In this document: piece after piece, positions 56,003 through 64,000 of the stretch
How the letters are laid out: every line of letters begins with the position of its first letter
Position numbering within the stretch: position 1 is the first letter of the stretch
Assembly (NCBI GenBank): GCA_039799225.1
Contig: JBDLTF010000002.1
Span: 36,552-100,551 of the forward strand
DNA length: 64,000 nt
Direction: 5' to 3'
Source: Candidatus Parcubacteria bacterium
GTDB taxonomy: Bacteria > Patescibacteriota > Minisyncoccia > Phycocordibacterales > PALSA-1337
The notes under the pieces: model-generated
What the model was told of the DNA's origin: nothing
The model's database searches: none
What the model saw: the letters and a program-made list of their open reading frames with translations, nothing else
Program-made: the position numbers and the translations under genes

Positions 56003-57361
56003 TTAGACGAACGTGAGTGCCTTACCCTTCTTACCTGCGCGGCCAGTACGACCGATGCGGTGAACATAATCCTCGTAAGTAGCAGGAATGTCGAAGTTGA
56101 TAACGTGTGTGACACCAGAGATGTCGAGACCACGTGCAGCAACGTCGGTAGCTACAAGCACCTTGACCTGATGCTCCTTGAATGAGCGAAGTGCGCGCAT
56201 GCGCTGGCCCTGACTCTTGTTGCCGTGAATAGCCTCTGCAGAAATCTTCTGCTTCACGAGATCCTCGGCGAGGCGCTGAACACCGTGCTTGGTCTTACCG
56301 AAGATAATAACCTTGGTAAATCCAGGCTGAGTGAGATGTTCAATGAGAACATCGAGCTTGTTCTTGCCAGCAGGGACGCGGATGATGTCCTGATCGACAG
56401 ATGCGGCAGTATCAGCAGTCTTGACCGAGATCCTGACTGGATCGGTGAGGAACTGTCCGATGAGTCCTTCGATCTCTGGCGACATAGTCGCTGAGAAGAA
56501 GAGTGTCTGGCGAACCTTCGGCATACCAGCCATCATGAACTTGATGTCGGTGATGAATCCCATGTCGAGCATGCGATCAGCCTCGTCGAGAACGACGGTT
56601 GCGTATTCCTCGAGACGGATGCGGCCACGGTCGATGAGATCGCGGAGACGTCCTGGAGTTCCGATAACGAACTGATTCTGACGTGAGAGTCCCTTGAGCT
56701 GAGGCACAATGCTTGCACCACCAACACAACAGACTGACCAGATTGGGAGATTCTTGGTGAATCCACGGAGTTCCTCTTCGATCTGCTGAGCAAGTTCACG
56801 AGTTGGGACGACGACGAGAATCTTCTCCTTTGGATTCTTGAGAATCTTGTTTATGAGCGGAATGAGGAAAGCTGCAGTCTTACCAGTACCGGTGTTAGCG
56901 ATACCGACGAGATCTACAGTGCGGAGAATGTGAGGGATGGCCTTGTCCTGAATAGGAGTCGGTGTGACATATCCCTTTGTCGCAATATTTGCCTTGAGGC
57001 GTGCCTCAATGTGGAAATCAGCGAATGCGTGATCTGGTACGAAATTGTCGACAGTCTCAGTGATGACTGCCTTGTTCACGAACTTACTGACGTCGATGTA
57101 TTTCGAGAAACGGTCGCCCCTGTTGCCACCGCGGTTTCCACCACGATGTCCTCCGCCACGATTGCCACCGAAGCGGCTTGGTCCGCGAGATCCTCCTCCG
57201 AAACGGCTTGAGCCGCCACGTGAAGCACCATTCCCGAAACCTCTGTTGGCTGCTGGGTGCGCTGAATGACCTCCGGGACGGGATCCGTGAGAAGAAGGCT
57301 TGCTATGATTAAACGATCGGCTCGGGCCGTGGCCCGCGCCTCCTGAAGGTTTGTTATACAT
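56003..57361 (-). CDS. DEAD/DEAH-box RNA helicase with N-terminal RGG-rich region
   Basis: PTPIQ Q-motif, TGTGKT, PTRELA, TPGR, DEAD, SAT, ARGLD, HRIGRTGR. Confidence 0.96.
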   Translation of the reverse strand: MYNKPSGGAGHGPSRSFNHSKPSSHGSRPGGHSAHPAANRGFGNGASRGGSSRFGGGSRGPSRFGGNRGGGHRGGNRGGNRGDRFSKYIDVSKFVNKAVITETVDNFVPDHAFADFHIEARLKANIATKGYVTPTPIQDKAIPHILRTVDLVGIANTGTGKTAAFLIPLINKILKNPKEKILVVVPTRELAQQIEEELRGFTKNLPIWSVCCVGGASIVPQLKGLSRQNQFVIGTPGRLRDLIDRGRIRLEEYATVVLDEADRMLDMGFITDIKFMMAGMPKVRQTLFFSATMSPEIEGLIGQFLTDPVRISVKTADTAASVDQDIIRVPAGKNKLDVLIEHLTQPGFTKVIIFGKTKHGVQRLAEDLVKQKISAEAIHGNKSQGQRMRALRSFKEHQVKVLVATDVAARGLDISGVTHVINFDIPATYEDYVHRIGRTGRAGKKGKALTFV

Positions 57362-57611
57362 TATGATATATGCCCTGTGGGCTTAATCCCACCGATAGGC
57401 CTATATGTATACGATACAGAGGCAAACAATGAGAGAGTTACTAGATATATACTATAAACCATCCTTCAGAAAAAGTCAACTTTCCCTATTGACATCCCTA
57501 GAAGCCGGTGGTAGCCTTGTCGATGGATAGTCATTCAAAAGTCGTGCCGTCTCTCCCGGTATGCGCCGTGAGAAACCCGGAAACACTCAATAGTTCGTTA
57601 CCAAACCCCAT

Positions 57612-57938
57612 ATGAAGAAGTCTGCATCTCTCCCCCAGGTCATTGTCTCTCAAATGACGACCCCTCCCGGTCGCCAGGCGAACGGTAAATCACGGATGAT
57701 TCATATCCGTAAACAGATCAAGGACGCGTTGGAAAATCTCATGAGTACTGGCGGCGCGTCACACGTCGTGATCGATCCGATCAAATACATCGGCGCCACC
57801 ATCCTCAAGATCAGCAACAACGCCGCACAAGCTGTGTTCGAAATTATTATCTGTACGTATCGGCGCCTGTGCGACACGGCTGACAAGACCCGGAAGATCC
57901 GGATCATCGTCCCCCACGCCATTCCGGCAAACAACTAA
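57612..57938 (+). CDS. hypothetical protein (ORFan cassette)
   Basis: TTGACA-N17-TAGCCT at 57489-57517; terminator ACCGCCC...TTCG...GGGCGGTTTT. Confidence 0.55.
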   Translation: MKKSASLPQVIVSQMTTPPGRQANGKSRMIHIRKQIKDALENLMSTGGASHVVIDPIKYIGATILKISNNAAQAVFEIIICTYRRLCDTADKTRKIRIIVPHAIPANN

Positions 57939-58010
57939 GAAGCTTCTCATATCACACCGCCCTCTCTTCGGAGATGGGCGGTTTTATTTTGGCGAGCGAC
58001 CCAACTTATT

Positions 58011-59816
58011 TTATTCCTGCGTTCCCTTCTTCTTGAAATATCCAAGTAGCACGCGCGCGAGTTGAATATCACGGAATGAACTCATACCCTTGATACGTGC
58101 TTTGACCGGCGAGAGGAGTGGTGGCTTTTCATCAGACTGCTTGTCGAATACTTCTTGCAACGCTTTTTCTATCTTCATGAAATGTGGACGTGCAATACCA
58201 TCTTTGAGATACGCGATATCACTCTGTTCGAGACCTCTCTGATCTGAACCAAGCTCAATGAGCTTCTCGAGATGAGCGATAATAGTATCGGGCACCATGT
58301 CACGCGCTTCAGCAATCTCTTTCAACGATTTTCCTTTCTTGATCAGCTCAGCAGTGATTTCGAGTGTTGAGACTTTCTGTGGCTTGATTACTCCATCTTT
58401 GTCGCGACGCGTTTTCTTGCCCATACGATGCATTGGAGCAACTCTCGCTAAGAATTGGTCGTGAGCATGTTTTATTTCAGCGACATCAGTGTACTCAACA
58501 ACACTCTCAGCCTTGGCGGACAATTCACGGAGGCGCGCATCATGCTCAAGAACATCAGGATGCACCTTGAGTGCGTGCTGATTCATACCAAGAATGGAGA
58601 GACCGGCCAATGTACGCACACGAGAGAGTGCGACGTATCCCATGCCTGGCTCAAATGATTTTGAGAGATCTACTTCGACAGCATCGAGCGACATACCCTG
58701 ACTCTTGTGCACGGTGATAGCCCAGGCGAGACGGAGCGGATACTGAGAGATTTGCGCGATAATGCGACCATCATCCTCGATAGTCCAATCAGCGATCTTG
58801 ATAGCGACCTCGCGGCCATCAGGATAATCAGGAGTTGCTGCAGTGCGAATGACGGGATCAATACCCCATCCACACGAGACGATGACACCGAGCGTTCCAT
58901 TCACGTATCCTTCTTCGAAATTATTCTTCACACACATCACGCGCGCACCTTTCTTGAGACGGAGCTTATCAGGAGCGAGACATGATTTCTTGAGTGTCTC
59001 GACGAGTGGCTTCTTGCCCTTGGTAATCATTTCGTACACACACTCAGTCCCTGAAATTCTTCCGATCTCGCGTTCGTTAATAGTGTCGACATCAACATTG
59101 TGAGTATAGAGACGAGTAGGTTCGACACCGAGAGATTCTTCGGACAAGGTGACAACATTCTCTTCGCTAACAAACGATCCATCACGAGGTGTAACATGCC
59201 TAGATTTGAGAAGCTCATATGAACGTTCAGAGACTTCACCACTCCTGATGTCATTGAGAATATTCACGGACTCGTCGGTGCCCTGACGGTAATTCTCAGA
59301 GAGATAGCAAATAGAAAAGTTTCCCTGCTTCCACGAATCAGATTCGTAAATGAAGCGTGCAGTAGGCTCACCGAGACGAGAGACTGGGGGCAACTGGAAG
59401 AAATCTCCGCAGAGCACGATTTGTATTCCGCCAAAAGGCTTCTCAGTCTTCTTCATGTGACGAAGCACCTGATCGACGAGATCGAGACGGAAGTGGTGAA
59501 GCATGGAGACCTCGTCGATGATGAGTACCTGTGCTTCTTCGATCTTGCGACGCACTTGTGCACGCTCGGAAATTTCTTGGAGGTCATGTATACCGAGGCT
59601 ATCCTTGATGCCGATTCCTGCCCATGAATGAATAGTCACACCACCCATGTGTGTAGCGGCAATACCGGTCGATGCAGTGACACCGATGGGTACACCGTGC
59701 TCTTTGAGGTATTTTATATACGCGTTGACCACATACGTCTTACCCGAACCTGCAGGTCCAGTGATGAAGGCGTTCTTGCCAGTCTTGAGTATGTCGAGGG
59801 CGTGAGATTGCGTCAT
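58011..59816 (-). CDS. Pif1-family SF1B helicase with C-terminal helix-turn-helix
   Basis: GPAGSGKT, TASTGIAA, IIDEVSM, GDFFQLPPV, YPLRLAWAITVHKSQGMSL, YVALSR; KSLKEIAEARDM...TIIAHL HTH. Confidence 0.93.
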   Translation of the reverse strand: MTQSHALDILKTGKNAFITGPAGSGKTYVVNAYIKYLKEHGVPIGVTASTGIAATHMGGVTIHSWAGIGIKDSLGIHDLQEISERAQVRRKIEEAQVLIIDEVSMLHHFRLDLVDQVLRHMKKTEKPFGGIQIVLCGDFFQLPPVSRLGEPTARFIYESDSWKQGNFSICYLSENYRQGTDESVNILNDIRSGEVSERSYELLKSRHVTPRDGSFVSEENVVTLSEESLGVEPTRLYTHNVDVDTINEREIGRISGTECVYEMITKGKKPLVETLKKSCLAPDKLRLKKGARVMCVKNNFEEGYVNGTLGVIVSCGWGIDPVIRTAATPDYPDGREVAIKIADWTIEDDGRIIAQISQYPLRLAWAITVHKSQGMSLDAVEVDLSKSFEPGMGYVALSRVRTLAGLSILGMNQHALKVHPDVLEHDARLRELSAKAESVVEYTDVAEIKHAHDQFLARVAPMHRMGKKTRRDKDGVIKPQKVSTLEITAELIKKGKSLKEIAEARDMVPDTIIAHLEKLIELGSDQRGLEQSDIAYLKDGIARPHFMKIEKALQEVFDKQSDEKPPLLSPVKARIKGMSSFRDIQLARVLLGYFKKKGTQE

Positions 59817-59990
59817 GCGAGAAGTATATCAGAAATGCTTTTCGTGGCCCTCTATACAGCCCTGTAGAGCTATTTTATGATGATTGACAAATAGGTATAT
59901 TGTGTGCTATAATGGTAACAGAGAAGCAGTATGCCCTTGTGGGTATATGAGAGCTTCCACGGAGAACACTTACAACTACATACATTCCGC

Positions 59991-60647
59991 ATGAAAGAAC
60001 CGAAAACGGACGTACGCAAAACCATCACGTACACAAACAGAGAATCAGCAATTGTCATGTCATTCTACCCAGAAAAGGGGTTTGGCTATGCACAAACTGA
60101 ATCTGGCGAGATCATTCACTTCAACATGAACGCCTCGCGCGTTCTCATTCGTGGTGAGTACGGACCATTCTTCACTCACGAAAAGAAGAATGTCTTCCCT
60201 GTTGAAGGGAACATCATCTGTTTCATCCGCAGGAACGATCCAGTCGAGCCCGGCAAGTATCCATCGATGTTTGTTTGGAACTTCGAGGAATCGTACAACC
60301 AATGCCTGTCGGATTGGAAGGAGATTGGCCCAGACCGTGAGGCACTGAAGAAGATTGACGAGTTGGTACGGAAGGACTCAATGCAGCCGAGCCAGAACAA
60401 TCGCACTCAGAAACAGACGCGTGTTACGAAGAATAACGCTTCTTGTCGGCCCAAAGTGCGCACCAATGGACAGCAGCGCTGGAATGATGAACCTCGTCCC
60501 GACCACGATTCGCGCAATGGTGCGATTAACTTGGCGACGGAATTCGAGATTGATGAGCCGAGTATCTACGCGCTCGCACGCGGCGCCGGTGGTAAGAATG
60601 GAAATACCCGCCAGCACCACCAACGTGCGCGTGACAAAAAGGTTTAG
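59991..60647 (+). CDS. hypothetical protein with cold-shock-like N-terminal domain (ORFan cassette)
   Basis: VMSFYPEKGFGYAQTESGEIIHF resembles the CSD RNP-1/RNP-2 strands; TTGACA-N18-TATAAT at 59884-59913; terminator CCCGCACTG-ACAA-CAGTGCGGG then T-tract. Confidence 0.6.
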   Translation: MKEPKTDVRKTITYTNRESAIVMSFYPEKGFGYAQTESGEIIHFNMNASRVLIRGEYGPFFTHEKKNVFPVEGNIICFIRRNDPVEPGKYPSMFVWNFEESYNQCLSDWKEIGPDREALKKIDELVRKDSMQPSQNNRTQKQTRVTKNNASCRPKVRTNGQQRWNDEPRPDHDSRNGAINLATEFEIDEPSIYALARGAGGKNGNTRQHHQRARDKKV

Positions 60648-60755
60648 TCACCCACATCGAAATATCACACCCCGCACTGACAACAGTGCGGGGTTTTTCT
60701 ATCTAAAAATAACGACATAATAGACAATACTGTGTCAACATGCTACGATGCTCCC

Positions 60756-62078
60756 ATGAAACAGACTCCCCTGAATACCCCGACATCTGAAACACCTCGA
60801 AACGCCCATGAAAGCGCGGCTGAAACAGCAGGTGAAATCTACGACGTCGCTGTGATCGGTGGCGGACCTGCAGGCATGATGGCGGCAGGACGTGCGGCAG
60901 AGCGTGGTCTCAAAGTCATCCTTCTCGAGAAGAATGATTCTCTCGGCAAGAAACTCCTCATTACTGGTGGTGGTCGCTGTAATGTCACCAACGCAGAAAT
61001 GGATACACGCACCCTCCTCGCGAAATTCAAGGATAGCGACAAATATCTTTTCTCCGCATTCGCGCAGTATGGCGTCAAAGATGCCCTCGAATTTTTCCAT
61101 TCACGCAACATGTCGACGAAGATCGAAAATGACAAGCGTGTCTTCCCTACTTCCAACAAAGCTCAGTCAGTCTGGGATGTGCTTGTTGAATATATGAAGA
61201 CGGGCGTAGTCACCGTGAAGTCTGATGCGCCTGCGACAGGATTTGTCGTCAAAGATAAGAAAATATCCGCACTCAAACTCAAGGATGGATCCCTCATTCA
61301 TGCCAAGAGCTTCGTGCTCGCAACTGGTGGTAAATCGCATCCAGAAACAGGATCGACCGGCGATGGATTTAAATGGCTCAAGGAGTTGGGTCATGCCGTC
61401 TCCGAACCGCGTGCAGCACTCGTACCCGTGAAGTCTTCTGATGACTGGGTGAAGAATCTCTCAGGATTCTCATTGCCGACTGCCAAGATCACCCTCTTCC
61501 AGAATGGCGCGAAAGTTCCAGGCAAGCAGTCAGTGAAGAAAGGTAAGGTGCTCTTCACGCACTTCGGACTCTCTGGACCCGCAGTACTCAACATGAGCTC
61601 GGAGATCGACGAGCTTCTCAAGTATGGTGAGGTCATCTTGTCACTCGACTTGCTCCCTTCTCATGATCATGGAACATTGAATGAGGCTCTGCAGAAACTT
61701 TTCAAGAAACAGAGCAACAAGCTCTTCAAGAATGCGATCTCAACACTCATTCCTGCTCCACTCATTCCTGCTGTCATGGAACTCTCGAAGATCGATGATG
61801 AAATCCCGTGCAACAGCGTCACTCGCGAAGATCGTCTCGCGTTGATCACTCTCCTCAAGGGTATGCCGATCAACTTGGTCGGACTTCTTGGCGCTGACAA
61901 GGCTATCATCACTTCAGGTGGTGTCTCACTCGATGAGATCGACTGGAAGACTATGGGTTCACGTCTTATCTCAAACCTCCACATTGTCGGCGACTTGCTC
62001 GATATCGATAGGCCGTCAGGAGGATACAGTCTCCAGCTTTGTTGGACGACGGGATGGGTCGCAGGAACTGCGGCTTAG
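60756..62078 (+). CDS. HI0933/BaiN family flavoprotein
   Basis: IGGGPAGMMAA, GKKLLITGGGRCNVTN, LATGG.S.PETGSTGDG, LFTHFGLSGP, GGYSLQ. Confidence 0.92.
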   Translation: MKQTPLNTPTSETPRNAHESAAETAGEIYDVAVIGGGPAGMMAAGRAAERGLKVILLEKNDSLGKKLLITGGGRCNVTNAEMDTRTLLAKFKDSDKYLFSAFAQYGVKDALEFFHSRNMSTKIENDKRVFPTSNKAQSVWDVLVEYMKTGVVTVKSDAPATGFVVKDKKISALKLKDGSLIHAKSFVLATGGKSHPETGSTGDGFKWLKELGHAVSEPRAALVPVKSSDDWVKNLSGFSLPTAKITLFQNGAKVPGKQSVKKGKVLFTHFGLSGPAVLNMSSEIDELLKYGEVILSLDLLPSHDHGTLNEALQKLFKKQSNKLFKNAISTLIPAPLIPAVMELSKIDDEIPCNSVTREDRLALITLLKGMPINLVGLLGADKAIITSGGVSLDEIDWKTMGSRLISNLHIVGDLLDIDRPSGGYSLQLCWTTGWVAGTAA

Positions 62079-62641
62079 TCTAGACCCCTCAATCTCTTCT
62101 GTAATTTTTTGTATTCCGGCACAGCTCTTGCCACCAGCTCCCAAAATTTCTTTGAATGATTGAGCTCGCCAATATGACAGAGCTCGTGTACAACCACATA
62201 GTCGCGAAGCTCGTCGGGCACTAAGATGAGCTTGTAATTGAAATTGATATTCCCTTTCGCAGAGCATGAACCCCAGCGAGAATGTTGGTCGCGGATGGAG
62301 ATTCGTCCGTATTTGAAATCATATACTCTGTTGAAATGTTCGAGGCGCTCAGTCAGTATGACGAGCGCTTTTTGTTTGAGCGCTTTGAATTCACGGCGAT
62401 CTCTTTTGTGGAGAAGCAAACTATATGCGCCCACTGGATTCTTGGCGAAACGGATCTGTTTCTCCTTGATCCATGAGGCTTTCCTGGTGACAAATCGTTC
62501 GATGAGCATGAGCGGCATCAGCGGTGACGCACTAACAGTGACTTCTCCAGTATAACGCACAGCGATAGAGATAGATCGCTTGCGACGACGGATGAGGGTG
62601 TATGAGATCCCAGCGGCGGAATGGGTCGGGTGCGTGAGCAT
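62075..62641 (-). CDS. YgjP/DUF45 (SprT-like) zinc metalloprotein
   Basis: SRWGSCS, DYVVVHELCH, NHSKKFW. Confidence 0.92.
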   Translation of the reverse strand: MLTHPTHSAAGISYTLIRRRKRSISIAVRYTGEVTVSASPLMPLMLIERFVTRKASWIKEKQIRFAKNPVGAYSLLLHKRDRREFKALKQKALVILTERLEHFNRVYDFKYGRISIRDQHSRWGSCSAKGNINFNYKLILVPDELRDYVVVHELCHIGELNHSKKFWELVARAVPEYKKLQKRLRGLD

Positions 62642-62734
62642 GGGTGGTAGTATAGCGTAATTGACATCAGGATACTGGAGGAATATGCTTATCTTTAGAG
62701 AAATTCAACCACGTACAGGAAAGGGATATCACTT

Positions 62735-63154
62735 ATGAAAGGTAGCTTAATCACATTTGATGACCTGCAGTATCGGCAAGAGATTGATATCATTGGCGGT
62801 ACCGTCGAGGTAGATTTCGATCGAACTATCTATCGAGGAGAGGTGGATGATCTATTCTGGTGGCCACATCATCTAAGAAAGATCAACTGGATAAACAGTG
62901 TCCAGTGGTGCGCCCCTCAAGGAACATGGGTACCGAGTGATAAAGATGGGACCTATCATGTAAGATTCAAAATGAACTCCATTGAATTCTTCACCGGACC
63001 GTTCGAAATTGATACTGGAGAAATCCTCATTACGTACCGTGACTATACTGGCAAGATCACTGCCATAACACTGTTCCCTCGAGGATGCATTCCTCCTGAC
63101 GGGCTTTGTGGAGGACAACGATTCGAACTGCTCAATCAACATCTAAAAGGATGA
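62735..63154 (+). CDS. hypothetical protein (ORFan cassette)
   Basis: TTGACA-N17-TATGCT at 62661-62689, AGGAAAGGG SD-like sequence, terminator CCCGCT-CTTACTC-AGCGGG then T-tract. Confidence 0.65.
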   Translation: MKGSLITFDDLQYRQEIDIIGGTVEVDFDRTIYRGEVDDLFWWPHHLRKINWINSVQWCAPQGTWVPSDKDGTYHVRFKMNSIEFFTGPFEIDTGEILITYRDYTGKITAITLFPRGCIPPDGLCGGQRFELLNQHLKG

Positions 63155-63184
63155 GAAACACCCCGCTCTTACTCAGCGGGTTTT

Positions 63185-63748
63185 TTATTTCTTGAAAAAA
63201 TTGAGGACTGCTTGGCGCCTCTCATCACTCAACGAGAAAAATATACTTGAGATTGCTGCTGCAATTATGACGATAACACCTGAGCCATGAACGAAACTGG
63301 CAATACTATCTGTGTAGTTGAGAAGGTTCATCTGTGAAAGAAGATAATTCCAGTCATGCATAACACTGTCCCCTCCAAGGAGTGGTAACTGCTGTCTGAC
63401 TGCATCGCCGAGATAGGTAGCTACATTGATGATATTCTGTCCAACCCAGAATGCGACAATAGATCCAGAAAAATATTGGCGACGCACGAAGAAATATCCG
63501 GTGAATATAGCTGGCAGAATGACTTGGAGGAATGAACCACCGAGCACCTGCAAGAACTGACCGAAGAACATGAATATGAAGTGTCCTGCTTCATGGATGA
63601 CGAGATCCACATTGTCTATGAAATTCCAATTCTCCAGAGCATGACTCGGATCGCCGAAAGCGTATGAAATGAAATACCATCCAAGTATTAGAGCACCTAT
63701 GAGTTTACCTGCAGATACGGAATGTGTGTGAGACTCGGAAGGATTCAT
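63185..63748 (-). CDS. membrane protein with HExxH motif (M50-like metallopeptidase)
   Basis: IHEAGH, YLGDA, HDWNYLL; start overlaps the GIY-YIG stop. Confidence 0.75.
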   Translation of the reverse strand: MNPSESHTHSVSAGKLIGALILGWYFISYAFGDPSHALENWNFIDNVDLVIHEAGHFIFMFFGQFLQVLGGSFLQVILPAIFTGYFFVRRQYFSGSIVAFWVGQNIINVATYLGDAVRQQLPLLGGDSVMHDWNYLLSQMNLLNYTDSIASFVHGSGVIVIIAAAISSIFFSLSDERRQAVLNFFKK

Positions 63749-63987
63749 CCTTGAATCATAGCAATCTTCTCTCCCCTCGTCAGCCTCTTCCATTCAGCTT
63801 CGACTGCTCGTGCTCGCGCAAGCGTGCGGAATTTCTTGCTATAGACCATGACAACCGGACGACGAATCTTGGTGTAGTGAGCTCCCGACTTGAGATTATT
63901 GTGCGCATGGAGACGACCCTTGAGATCGGTAGTATATCCGCTGTAGTAGGTGCCGTCGGCGCATTCGAGGATGTAGGCGTAGTGCAT
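63745..63987 (-). CDS. GIY-YIG nuclease family protein (UPF0213-like)
   Basis: YAYILECADGTYYSGYTTDL..RL..HN...GAHYTK.RRPV. Confidence 0.9.
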   Translation of the reverse strand: MHYAYILECADGTYYSGYTTDLKGRLHAHNNLKSGAHYTKIRRPVVMVYSKKFRTLARARAVEAEWKRLTRGEKIAMIQG

Positions 63988-64000
63988 GAGTTATATGATA

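Noticed and set aside
57110-57240. Short GGN/CGN-rich repeats
   Set aside because: They simply encode the GGNR/RFGG repeats of the helicase N-terminus, not an independent DNA repeat.
1-64000. CRISPR array, integron integrase/attC array, transposase or prophage
   Set aside because: No regularly spaced repeat-spacer run, no tyrosine/serine recombinase or DDE/HUH motifs and no phage structural genes seen; the 32-bp repeat has only two copies.
1-64000. Alternative genetic code (UGA=Gly, code 25)
   Set aside because: Long conserved genes are intact under code 11 and TGA ends several ORFs with tight ATGA overlaps.

Overview
A gene-dense chromosomal segment of a small-genome bacterium, most consistent with Patescibacteria/CPR (Parcubacteria-like). 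Supporting signs are a short IF2, an AspRS lacking the GAD insertion, class II RNR, Pif1 helicase, Gmad2 and DUF192 proteins, and standard code 11. It holds housekeeping genes (gyrA, rpsA, pth, lepB, infB, rbfA, rnhB, dnaE, gpmI, lepA, murJ, nrdJ, aspS, msrA/B), a CsoR-CopA copper operon, an ECF sigma module, three tRNAs and RNase P RNA. No CRISPR array, integrase or transposase is visible. Structure not explained by routine annotation: (1) about a dozen dispersed stand-alone ORFan cassettes, most with a TTGAC-N16-18-TAnnnT promoter, a leader and a related terminator hairpin, mostly antisense to neighbouring genes, one bracketed by a perfect 32-bp direct repeat of the hairpin; (2) in contrast, housekeeping genes mostly appear leaderless or near-leaderless; (3) a compact 6S-RNA-like rod downstream of dnaE, preceded by 11-bp-phased DnaA-box-like repeats; (4) two tiny Lys/Arg-rich peptides missed by the ORF track, plus a SET-domain protein that has lost its Zn-binding cysteines; (5) a 133-bp MITE-like element with 34-bp perfect inverted repeats; (6) a 22-nt promoter/start motif shared by dnaE and a solo PD-(D/E)XK nuclease. 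All calls are from reading the sequence by eye; no searches were run.
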